A stretch of 64,000 nucleotides of DNA, from positions 280,635-344,634 of IMG/VR virus record IMGVR_UViG_3300022868_000009; one strand, 5' to 3'. Below the pieces are notes generated by a model that worked only from the letters and a program-made list of their open reading frames with translations, searched no databases and was not told the origin of the DNA. The position numbers were made by a program, and so were the translations under genes. Shown here piece by piece: positions 51,383-60,572 of the stretch; the stretch's first letter is position 1; each line of letters starts with the position of its first letter.

Positions 51383-51753
51383 TGAAAAAATGGTTAAACA
51401 TAAAAATTGACATAAATGGTGATATCATGGGCCAAATGGTTAAGATGATAAATAAAATGAAAAATTTTTATAGTCCAACTTTATCATTTGATAAACATTT
51501 AGAAGAATTGTCAGAATCTATAAAAACTATAAAAGAAAACAGAAGTTTAAAAGATGATAATTTATTTATAAGTTTCTTTTTAGAAAATAATAAGGACTTG
51601 AATTTACATGAATCAAGTTTAATGGTTGTAGATTTATGGAGTGATGATAGATGGAGGGATATCACAAATGAGATATGGATTGAGGATACTAATGTTTTTT
51701 TGGAATATGGTTTAGATGCATTATTAGATAGTATAAATATGGGGTTACTTTAG
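51382..51753 (+). CDS. Hypothetical, C-tag (DSINMGLL)
   Basis: ORF track. Confidence 0.8.
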   Translation: MKKWLNIKIDINGDIMGQMVKMINKMKNFYSPTLSFDKHLEELSESIKTIKENRSLKDDNLFISFFLENNKDLNLHESSLMVVDLWSDDRWRDITNEIWIEDTNVFLEYGLDALLDSINMGLL

Positions 51754-51755
51754 AT

Positions 51756-52081
51756 ATGGAATTAGATTATATAAATATACTTATAAAGTATGATGATTTT
51801 ACTTGGGAGATTTATGATGAAGTGGAGTCTTATTTTTTATCGAAATACCCTGATTTAAAATTAGAAGTATTTTTGCTTTTTGTTTAGAAATTCGCCCTGA
51901 TAATATTAGGAATGTATTTAGAATATACACACCACAAACAATAAATTATGCTAAACATGGTTTAAGTTGCAATTCTTATAATGAAGATATTACTTATTAT
52001 GAATTAACTGTTGATTATGGTGAAAATTTTAAAGAAGAAATTGAAATGTTATTAATATCAATGAAATTAGGTTTATTATAA
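51756..52081 (+). pseudogene. Decayed paralog of 51002 gene, ends SMKLGLL
   Basis: About 65 bp identical to 51291-51356; 5' similarity; internal deletion/frameshift. Confidence 0.75.
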
Positions 52082-52483
52082 ATTAAAAATTAGGTTGGAG
52101 GAGGCATTTAGAAGGTTCAGAGAAGCTGTTAGACTAAATTTAAAAAAAAGATAATAAAATTAATCGTCTAAAAAATTTAAAGTTATAAAATCATGAATAA
52201 GTATTGTTACATAGAAAGAAATAACATTGGAGTAATTCAGAAATATACTAAACCAAGTTGGTTTAGAAAGACTTTCTTTAATGACGGATATGAATGGAGA
52301 GACTTTTGTTTATGTACCGATAAAGAATGGACGAAAGACTTTTACGAAAGATCATATAAAGATATTAAAATTTAAAAATCATCGAATCTATTATTGAGCC
52401 TGAAAAAATGAATCTTTTATAATAGATTGTCTAAGAATTTGTTGTAACAAATAATTAAAAAAAATGAAAATAATAAAAAAAAT

Positions 52484-52807
52484 ATGAATTATAGAAAATT
52501 TGTGCAAGAACGAATTGGTATTTTTATAGTCTTTACACAAGAAGATTATAATGAAGTTGTTAAAATCTTTGAATCTATTGGATTAACATTTAATCCATTT
52601 TCTAACTTATCATTTAATAGAGTATTTTGTATTACTTTACAAATAAATCCATGGGGTGGTAACAGAGTTTTCAGGGATTCTTATTCATATAGATCATATT
52701 ATGAAAGAGAAAAAGAATATTCCAAATTTTGGGATGTAGATAAATTAAGAGAAGAGAGTAAAGATTTACCAATAAAATATGAAGCAAGAAAGATGGGTTT
52801 ATTATAA
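52484..52807 (+). CDS. Hypothetical, C-tag (EARKMGLL)
   Basis: Tail-to-tail TTATAA overlap with 52802 gene. Confidence 0.8.
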   Translation: MNYRKFVQERIGIFIVFTQEDYNEVVKIFESIGLTFNPFSNLSFNRVFCITLQINPWGGNRVFRDSYSYRSYYEREKEYSKFWDVDKLREESKDLPIKYEARKMGLL

Positions 52808-53146
52808 TAGACCCATTTTGTTTCCTGTGTGATATATTTTGAATTCTTTATTATAATCAGCATATTCTTCTAGGCTTTCAAATACTGTAAAAAATGTATT
52901 AGAAGAATAATTAAATGCGATGAGGGTTTTATTATAACCAATATAATATTCATTGTAACTATAATTGTTAATGCAATGTTCTAATATTTCTTTGTGATGG
53001 GCTTCATCTTCATTGGGTTCATCCCAGTATTTATTCAATTGACTTCTCCAATAATTAATAAGGCTTGTTACTTCTTCCGGAGTTTTGCAGTTAACTAGGA
53101 CTTTATCTGATTGTATATTTTCTAAATATGTACTAAGGTATTTCAT
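52802..53146 (-). CDS. Hypothetical, N-tag (MKYLSTYLE) + C-tag (GNKMGLL)
   Basis: Both motifs; AATATATA upstream. Confidence 0.8.
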   Translation of the reverse strand: MKYLSTYLENIQSDKVLVNCKTPEEVTSLINYWRSQLNKYWDEPNEDEAHHKEILEHCINNYSYNEYYIGYNKTLIAFNYSSNTFFTVFESLEEYADYNKEFKIYHTGNKMGLL

Positions 53147-53200
53147 ATGAAGATATATATTGAATTTGTTTTTTCAAAATAAATTTTGTATTTTATATTT

Positions 53201-53482
53201 ATGAAATTTTATTATTTAGAAGTAAAAGAAAAGGATTGGAATGAAGTTATAAACTATATAACTAAAGTTATTCCTATTTGGAATGAAAAGTTTGATATAA
53301 GTCTTCCTATTAAACATATTGGATTTTATATAGATCTAAAGAATGAATTTGGTTTAAATAATGATAATTTATTATTGTTTCGTTATCATAAATTAAATTT
53401 TAAAACTTGTGATTATATAAAGTGTAAGGATATAGAAGAATTCTTATTTTCTTATGAATCAAGTAAGATGGGATTATTGTAA
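53201..53482 (+). CDS. Hypothetical, C-tag (ESSKMGLL)
   Basis: ORF track, start corrected. Confidence 0.8.
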   Translation: MKFYYLEVKEKDWNEVINYITKVIPIWNEKFDISLPIKHIGFYIDLKNEFGLNNDNLLLFRYHKLNFKTCDYIKCKDIEEFLFSYESSKMGLL

Positions 53483-53503
53483 CATTATTAAATAAAACAA
53501 AGA

Positions 53504-53827
53504 ATGAACATAGCTATCGAGTTATATACTAAGAAAGAGTTATTTAAGGCATGGAAAAAGATGTTAGATTTAGGATATAATTTAGATGTTTGGCATAGAA
53601 TTTACATGGAGAAGGATTATAATTGGATTGGATTTGATTATATAAAAAAAAGGGGTGGTCTTTATATTTATTTTGATTTAGATGAATATATAATGACTGG
53701 TTGGGATGGTTTATATAATATACACATGATTAAATATATTCCTGATGATATGGATTTTATTATCAATCATATTGATATTGATTCGATTGATTCGTGTATA
53801 GAGGGTATTAAATTAGGTTTATTATAG
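53504..53827 (+). CDS. Hypothetical, C-tag (EGIKLGLL)
   Basis: Paralog of 54920/41187. Confidence 0.8.
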   Translation: MNIAIELYTKKELFKAWKKMLDLGYNLDVWHRIYMEKDYNWIGFDYIKKRGGLYIYFDLDEYIMTGWDGLYNIHMIKYIPDDMDFIINHIDIDSIDSCIEGIKLGLL

Positions 53828-53876
53828 ATTTGAAATTATGAGATTTTATAGGATCTACTAAAATGGGATTAATGTA

Positions 53877-54176
53877 ATGAATGAACTTGTATATATTAGT
53901 GTAAATAATAAGGAACAATATGATAGAGTTATACGTATTGCTGAAAATAATGGTTTTAAAACAAGAGGTAATTCCTCTTCTTTACCTGTTAATATTTATC
54001 TTTGTATTAAGGATGCTGTTGAAGGATCTTGGTTAAAGGATGTTATTTATTTTAGTAGTAATGATTATGATCTATATAAAACTGTATTACCAGTTAGGAT
54101 AAAATGTGATTATGAGGATTTTTCAGAAGAATATTTAAAGTTTATAACAGAATCAGATAAGATGGGATTATTATAA
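53877..54176 (+). CDS. Hypothetical, C-tag (ESDKMGLL)
   Basis: ORF track. Confidence 0.8.
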   Translation: MNELVYISVNNKEQYDRVIRIAENNGFKTRGNSSSLPVNIYLCIKDAVEGSWLKDVIYFSSNDYDLYKTVLPVRIKCDYEDFSEEYLKFITESDKMGLL

Positions 54177-54178
54177 TT

Positions 54179-54590
54179 ATGAATGAATCGAATACAATAT
54201 TGTGTGCTGCTTTTTGTGGTACTGGAAAAACTTATATTTGCAATCAGAATAAGAAGGCTATTAAAATTGAATATTGGAAGTATGAAAGAAGGACTAGAAA
54301 AAGAATATGTTAGTGATATAAAAAAGCAAATTGGAAAAGTAGATTATATTTTTTTAAGTACTGACATAGAAGGTTTGAAACTATTAAAAGGTTTTAATAT
54401 TGTACTTGATTACCCTGAAAATAATTTGAGAAATGAATACCTTGATAGGTTTATTGATAGAGATAGTCCTTACGATTTTATAGGGACGTTTATGAAACAT
54501 TGGAATATATGGATAGATGAACTTAAAGATCAAAATTATTGTAAACATATTATATTGAAAAATGGTGAGTACTTGCAAAATATTCTCTAA
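54179..54590 (+). pseudogene. Frameshifted P-loop kinase-like gene
   Basis: Frame from ATG 54179 reads MNESNTILCAAFCGTGKTYIC; the remainder is in the 54183 frame after ~54285. Confidence 0.7.
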
Positions 54591-54620
54591 ATTAAAGACT
54601 ATGTTTTAAATTAAATAACA

Positions 54621-54923
54621 ATGAATGATATAGATATAAATGTAAATGAAGATAATTATATAGAATTTGTCAATTATTTATATAGTATTAATTATATAAC
54701 TAAGAATGATAATGAAAGGTTAGTTAATTGGTATACTGATGTGAATGATTATTTTCAAAAAGAATATAACTCATATGAATATAGATTATTTTTTGATCGT
54801 AAAGAATGGGATATAATAGCTTGTTGTTGTGGCGGTTCTGAATTTTTTAAAAAAGTAACTTTTATTAATAATTTAAAGGAATTAGAGGTTTATATGAATT
54901 GTTTAAAAATGGGGCTATTATGA
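54621..54923 (+). CDS. Hypothetical, C-tag (NCLKMGLL)
   Basis: ORF track. Confidence 0.8.
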   Translation: MNDIDINVNEDNYIEFVNYLYSINYITKNDNERLVNWYTDVNDYFQKEYNSYEYRLFFDRKEWDIIACCCGGSEFFKKVTFINNLKELEVYMNCLKMGLL

Positions 54924-55240
54924 AAAGAATTGCAATAGAGATATATTCCATAGAGAAATTATTTGAAATATGGGAAGAAATGGTTGATTTAGGTTACACT
55001 TTAAGTTCTTGGACTAATATATTTAAGAGAACAGAAATTGATTGGCTTGGTTTTTTAAGTATTGAAAGAGGTGGTATTTATCTTTGTTTTGATTTAGATA
55101 AGTGTATAATGATTGGTTGGGGAAGTCTATATTATGATTCTGGAAAAAAGTTTATTATTAAAGATTTTGAATTAATTATAGATAGTAGTAAAGATGATAT
55201 TAGATTTCATCTAAATTCAATTAAGATGGGGTTATTATAA
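54920..55240 (+). CDS. Hypothetical, C-tag (NSIKMGLL)
   Basis: ATGA overlap at 5' end, TTATAA overlap at 3' end. Confidence 0.8.
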   Translation: MKRIAIEIYSIEKLFEIWEEMVDLGYTLSSWTNIFKRTEIDWLGFLSIERGGIYLCFDLDKCIMIGWGSLYYDSGKKFIIKDFELIIDSSKDDIRFHLNSIKMGLL

Positions 55241-55603
55241 TAGTCCGAGTTTATTTCCTTGTATCAATATATCAAGATCCATTCCATATTCTTTTTTTAA
55301 CCAATCATCACAACTTATAAAAGAATCTTTATAAAATGACACATATTCTAATAGAAACTTCATTGAGCTCCAACACTTATCAAAGCGTTGACCATCATCT
55401 AATGTAAAAAATGTTTTATCTTTTGAAAAAGCAACCCAAAAATTTTCTTTAAAATTTACTCTAGAATATTCTATATCATATTTTTCCTCAATTAATTTTA
55501 TTATAAATTTTGTTTCTTTATGAGGTATATCAGTTATTACAACAATATTATCCTCTTTATTTTCATTGTATGTATTAAGATATTTCATTTTCAAATGTTT
55601 CAA
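55235..55603 (-). CDS. Hypothetical, doubled N-tag (KHLK-MKYLNTYNE) + C-tag (QGNKLGLL)
   Basis: Both motifs; core related to 61463/61750 (ITDIP). Confidence 0.8.
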   Translation of the reverse strand: MKHLKMKYLNTYNENKEDNIVVITDIPHKETKFIIKLIEEKYDIEYSRVNFKENFWVAFSKDKTFFTLDDGQRFDKCWSSMKFLLEYVSFYKDSFISCDDWLKKEYGMDLDILIQGNKLGLL

Positions 55604-55611
55604 ATCTTATT

Positions 55612-56163
55612 TTGTTTTATATATTAATTTGTTTTTTTAGAATATTTTTTTTATCTTTCAATATGAAAATAAATATAATGTATGCGGGGATGGCGGATGA
55701 TATTATGCTTCCAATGTTACAAGTTCCAACTTTCATAATAATCCAAGTTTATTTGCTTCTATTTTTATTTGATGGAGCCTTTGCTAGAAATGGTTGGGAA
55801 AGTCAAAAAGAAGATATAAGACAAACGTTATTGTCTGGTAATAATGAGAATTCATGGCACAGGGAGGTATATTTAAAATATGAATCAGACACTCCAACTT
55901 TTTCATTAGAAGAAAAATGTGTTATATTATCTGATATAGATAAAGATGAATGTTGGAAATTGACATTTGATTATAATGGAAAGCGCAGAGAACTAATTTA
56001 TTATCATCATCAAAACTTTTATGATGTGTGGCCTGATAATATAAAGGATATTAATCATTTATTTAGTATTGGTGCTACTTTTGAATATTTAACAGAACCT
56101 AAATTAAAAGAAATGTTGAAGACAAGATGTACTGGTTATTTATATGATCAAGTGACACCATAA
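55612..56163 (+). CDS. Hypothetical protein, start uncertain
   Basis: ORF track. Confidence 0.5.
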   Translation: MFYILICFFRIFFLSFNMKINIMYAGMADDIMLPMLQVPTFIIIQVYLLLFLFDGAFARNGWESQKEDIRQTLLSGNNENSWHREVYLKYESDTPTFSLEEKCVILSDIDKDECWKLTFDYNGKRRELIYYHHQNFYDVWPDNIKDINHLFSIGATFEYLTEPKLKEMLKTRCTGYLYDQVTP

Positions 56164-56217
56164 GAAACAGAAATAATTCAAATGAATAGAAGGATTTATA
56201 TTAATAAAATAGATATA

Positions 56218-56697
56218 TTAATATAATCCCATTTTATTTGCATTATAAAGGTCTGGATTTTCTTTCCAAAACCATTCCCAATATTCTTCTAAATTATTAT
56301 AAGGTAATTGGTTATTATAACAATTTAAATATTCTAATCTTTTAGATAATTCAGGTAATTCAGTTAATTGGTTACCATCACAATCTAAATATTTTAACTC
56401 TTTTGGTAATTCAGGCAATTTAGTTAATTTATTATTATAACAATATAATATTTCTAACCCTTTTGGTAGTTCAGGTAATTCAATTAATTTGTTGTTGTCA
56501 CAATATAACATTTCTAATCCTTTTGGTAATTCAGGTAATTCAGTTAATTGATTATTATAACACATTAATTTTTCTAACCCTTTAGGTAATTCAGGTAATT
56601 CAGTTAAATTTAAATTAACTAAATTTAATATTTTACCATCATCACTTAGATGATCTTTTATTAATTGGTTTTCTGAATATGTTTTTAAATATTTCAT
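56218..56697 (-). CDS. Leucine-rich-repeat protein (20-aa LPELPKGLE.L.C.NN.L repeats) with N-tag and C-tag
   Basis: About 5 LPX-type repeats; MKYLKTYSE...ANKMGLY. Confidence 0.9.
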   Translation of the reverse strand: MKYLKTYSENQLIKDHLSDDGKILNLVNLNLTELPELPKGLEKLMCYNNQLTELPELPKGLEMLYCDNNKLIELPELPKGLEILYCYNNKLTKLPELPKELKYLDCDGNQLTELPELSKRLEYLNCYNNQLPYNNLEEYWEWFWKENPDLYNANKMGLY

Positions 56698-56718
56698 CTA
56701 TTTTATAATTTTATTGAC

Positions 56719-57102
56719 TTACATAAGTCCTAATTTACCTGATTCAAATACATATGGGTTATTATGAAAGAATATTTTCATAATAAATAATATTAGTTCA
56801 TAATCTTTTATTATTTGGTGTCCATCATTTTTATTTGAAGATTCTTTTATCCAATTTGGATCTGATACAACTGCAACTTGCTGTTCAACTTTTTGTAATA
56901 TTATTTGAAATAGATTTCCTTCTCGTTTTAACACAATAGTTGTGTATACTCCGTTATAATCTATTTCAAGGAATCCATTTCTAATATAAATTTTAAATTT
57001 GGTATCTTTAAACATATCTTTTATTGTATCAACAAAGAAATCTTGATTGTTATCATTAACTGAAATCTCATTTATCATTTGATATGTCTTTAAATGTTTC
57101 AT
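56719..57102 (-). CDS. Hypothetical, N-tag (MKHLKTYQMINE) + C-tag (ESGKLGLM)
   Basis: Both motifs. Confidence 0.8.
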   Translation of the reverse strand: MKHLKTYQMINEISVNDNNQDFFVDTIKDMFKDTKFKIYIRNGFLEIDYNGVYTTIVLKREGNLFQIILQKVEQQVAVVSDPNWIKESSNKNDGHQIIKDYELILFIMKIFFHNNPYVFESGKLGLM

Positions 57103-57123
57103 CTATTTTATAATTTTATTGAC

Positions 57124-57492
57124 TTACAAGACACCAAGATTTTTTGTCCCATTATACATATTTATCATATTTTGTAATTCATTCATAAATTCATCTTTAG
57201 TTATTAATATATCTGAGTGTTTATAATAACCGCAAGGACCATAAATACGATTTAATTTATAATGAATTGTTCTACTTTCATGTTGTACACAGCAACTATA
57301 CACCATTTTTCTTTTATCTTCCTCTTTTTCAAGTATATCACAACATAATTCTATTTTTGTTCTATGTACATCAAATTTAAAATCATTTATAAGTTTATCA
57401 TATATTTCAATTGCTTCTTTTGCGTTATTAAATTCAACTGATATAAACTTATCTTCATCTATATTTTCATTATATGTTTTAAGGTATTTCAT
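57124..57492 (-). CDS. Hypothetical, N-tag (MKYLKTYNE) + C-tag (TKNLGVL)
   Basis: Both motifs. Confidence 0.8.
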   Translation of the reverse strand: MKYLKTYNENIDEDKFISVEFNNAKEAIEIYDKLINDFKFDVHRTKIELCCDILEKEEDKRKMVYSCCVQHESRTIHYKLNRIYGPCGYYKHSDILITKDEFMNELQNMINMYNGTKNLGVL

Positions 57493-57962
57493 TATAATAA
57501 TCCTAGTTTATTTGCTTCTAAATCTGCTTTAAGGTCTTCACTTTTAAGGTATTCTAATATTTGTGAAAGTTTTTTATAATTTTTTAAATTTTTACTAACC
57601 CTTGTTAAAAGACTAAATTTATCTCTATTATTATCTTCAATAAGATAAGCAATAACATCAACAATTTTACTAGTATTAATATCAACTGAATCTAATACTT
57701 CTAGATGTGTATAATTACCTAATTTAATATTTTCTGGTATTTTTATAAATACTTGTTCATATTTATCACCATGTAAAATATATTGATATTTATTATATAT
57801 TTTAGCACATTCCTTTTTAATATCTGATATTAGTTTATTAAAATTATCAAAAATTGTTTTATCATTTATTTGTTTATAAAGCAATTCTTTTTGTTTATAA
57901 AATGATTCTTGTTGTTTATAGTTTTCTTCTATGTTTTCGTTATATGTTTCACTTATGATCAT
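57492..57962 (-). CDS. Hypothetical, degenerate N-tag (ETYNE) + C-tag (EANKLGLL)
   Basis: ORF track. Confidence 0.75.
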   Translation of the reverse strand: MIISETYNENIEENYKQQESFYKQKELLYKQINDKTIFDNFNKLISDIKKECAKIYNKYQYILHGDKYEQVFIKIPENIKLGNYTHLEVLDSVDINTSKIVDVIAYLIEDNNRDKFSLLTRVSKNLKNYKKLSQILEYLKSEDLKADLEANKLGLL

Positions 57963-58082
57963 ATTGTTTTGTTTGTTTTATATATTAATTTGTTTTTTTA
58001 GAATTTTTTTCTTATATTACAATAATTATTAAAAATTATGAAAGAATTAATTTGGTTAAATATATGTTATAAAGGTCTTATG

Positions 58083-58325
58083 TCAAAAGAAATGTATTTC
58101 TACATATTCATCTATGATGATTGGATGATATCTTTTAATATCTCTCACTATATCATCTACAATTTCTTTTAGTTTTATTATATCTGTATTTGGTGGAACA
58201 AATAAGTAAATTTCTGAATCATCTTTACACAAACCCTTTTTATTCAAATAATATGGTGTATTTTTAAATATATCATCAATAATATATTTAAATTTAAATG
58301 ATTCATACTTTTTTATATATTTCAT
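58083..58325 (-). CDS. Hypothetical, N-tag only (MKYIKKYES)
   Basis: ORF track. Confidence 0.7.
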   Translation of the reverse strand: MKYIKKYESFKFKYIIDDIFKNTPYYLNKKGLCKDDSEIYLFVPPNTDIIKLKEIVDDIVRDIKRYHPIIIDEYVEIHFF

Positions 58326-58335
58326 AATTATTAGA

Positions 58336-58746
58336 TTATAAAAGACCCATTTGACCTGTTATTAATAATCTTTTTACTTTTTTTAATGGTACTAAATAAT
58401 TTTCCCAGTTTTCTGGACTATCATCTATACCATCTGTTATATCTTTATCTTCCCAAACAGATATTGGTATTTTATTATCCTTTGTAAAGATAGTGTTTGC
58501 ACCATTTTGATCAAATCGTATAATCTCTTCATCAAATAAATTAAAAATTGTTCGACTTGTTTTTATATTATCATCAATATATGAATTATAGTCAGTAATT
58601 AAATGTTTTGCATATTGATTAAACCATTTACAACCATTCTTTATAGCTAAATTAGTATAAGTAAAATATTCATCAATATTACTTACTTCAAACACAAATA
58701 ATACATTTGGTATTGTACTTTCATTATATGTTTTTAAATATTTCAT
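58336..58746 (-). CDS. Hypothetical, N-tag + C-tag (TGQMGLL)
   Basis: Both motifs. Confidence 0.8.
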   Translation of the reverse strand: MKYLKTYNESTIPNVLFVFEVSNIDEYFTYTNLAIKNGCKWFNQYAKHLITDYNSYIDDNIKTSRTIFNLFDEEIIRFDQNGANTIFTKDNKIPISVWEDKDITDGIDDSPENWENYLVPLKKVKRLLITGQMGLL

Positions 58747-58926
58747 TATAGTTTATATATTTATTTTTTTATTTAAGAAAATTTTAACTATTTTTTTAAT
58801 ACCTTTAGTTTTAACTATTGGTATATTTTTAAAATAATTATTTAATTCATCAACCATTTTAATTCTTAACTTAGATGTAATGGTCATAGACTTAGCAAAT
58901 TGATTATATGTGTCTAATTTATTCAT

Positions 58927-59352
58927 TTATAATAGTCCTAATTTAGTAGATTCAAATTTTGATTCTATATTTTCACTATGAATATATTCTATTATTTTTT
59001 CTTCAAATTCCGTAGAGCAACTCTCAATATAATAATTAGTGTCATTCACAGATTGAAGAAATATTCTATAAGAAGTCGAAATTTCTTCATCATACTTTAT
59101 GATATATAATGATAAATCATCATCTGGATCTACAATTGTTCTTCTATCTATATTAGTAGGTTTATCTATAAAATCTGAACCAGATACATTTACTTTAACA
59201 TCTGTTCTACTATTCAAATATTCATTAGGTTTACCATATTTATTTATTAAATACTCACATCTATATAATAATTCTTCATCATCTTTATAAATATGATGAA
59301 CAGTACCATTATCATATATTAATGATTCATTATAAGTTTTTAAATATTTCAC
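58927..59352 (-). CDS. Hypothetical, N-tag + C-tag (ESTKLGLL)
   Basis: Both motifs; RCEYLI.KYG family. Confidence 0.8.
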   Translation of the reverse strand: MKYLKTYNESLIYDNGTVHHIYKDDEELLYRCEYLINKYGKPNEYLNSRTDVKVNVSGSDFIDKPTNIDRRTIVDPDDDLSLYIIKYDEEISTSYRIFLQSVNDTNYYIESCSTEFEEKIIEYIHSENIESKFESTKLGLL

Positions 59353-59471
59353 AAGACTATATATTAATTTTTTATTTTAAGATAAATTTTCTATATTAAA
59401 ATTATGGATATTAAAGAAAACCTTAAAAATTATTATGAAATTAGATAAATATTTCTTAATTAAAGATAAAT

Positions 59472-59795
59472 ATGATTAAAATTAATATTACGGGAATTAA
59501 TTGTAATGAATTTGAAAAGTTACAAAAAATATTCTTTGATCAAAATATACCTTGGTATTATAGTGGTTATAAATTACAATCATCCGATGATTGTAATTAT
59601 TATCATAACATTTATATTGTTTCAAAAATCGTTGTCATGAGAAATGATAACCATGAAAAAGAAGAATATTATATGACCTTTAAAAAAGATAATATAATCT
59701 CAAAAGACCAAGATTTAATTGAATATAAATATGATGAAATGGATGAGAATACATTAAAAAGTTATTTTAACGGTTTACAACTAGGATTATTATGA
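59472..59795 (+). CDS. Hypothetical, C-tag (NGLQLGLL)
   Basis: ORF track. Confidence 0.8.
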   Translation: MIKINITGINCNEFEKLQKIFFDQNIPWYYSGYKLQSSDDCNYYHNIYIVSKIVVMRNDNHEKEEYYMTFKKDNIISKDQDLIEYKYDEMDENTLKSYFNGLQLGLL

Positions 59796-60110
59796 TATCA
59801 ATAAATATAGAAAATATAAGTCTAAATGACTTCAAGAAATTGCAAATACATATGATTGATCAAAATATTCCTTGGATTGATGGTGATTGGGAAGTTTGGG
59901 TAGATGGATATTGGTCATTTATAATTAATCATAAAAAAAAATATCTTACTAATTGATCAATATACATCAACTGGTAAACCAGTTGATGGTTACCTTAGAT
60001 ATAATATGCAATTGTGTAATGTTTCATCTCCAATCGTTTTAAGTGTTGAAGAAATGCTTGATTTAAATATATACGAATATTTGGAGGCGAAAAAGTTTAA
60101 TTTATTATAA
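59792..60110 (+). pseudogene. Frameshifted paralog of 59472 (ends EAKKFNLL)
   Basis: DQNIPW motif; frame breaks near A-run at 59933-59941. Confidence 0.65.
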
Positions 60111-60355
60111 TAGATCCATCTTATTCGATGCAATATACTCTTGTAAATTAAAATCTTTAGTTATATCAGAACCATTTAACTTACCTAACAAAATACCAAT
60201 TTCAGTATATTTTTCAATAATTTGATTATAAAACCAAGTAGTCCAATGATTTCCAATATAAGTTTTATCATCTATATTAATTAGTAAATTAATTTCTTTC
60301 CAAAACCATTCCTTATATCACTAATACTTTCATCATATGTCTTTAAGTATTTCAT
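60105..60355 (-). pseudogene. Disrupted N-tag/C-tag gene (MKYLKTYDE ... ASNKMDLL)
   Basis: Both termini readable, frame broken. Confidence 0.65.
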
Positions 60356-60572
60356 GAATAATTTAAAAACTTTTGTTTTATATATTAAAATTTAGATTTG
60401 AATATCAATACCCAGAATTTATATTCCAACCTCTACAATATCATAAAATTAATTTTTATACCAAGAAATATTCCTTATATTTAAGTATTGGAATTTCGAA
60501 AAAATTGAAGAATTTTTATTTTTTGAACAAATTCCGTATATTATAAATGATGAAATACATAAACTACTAAAT

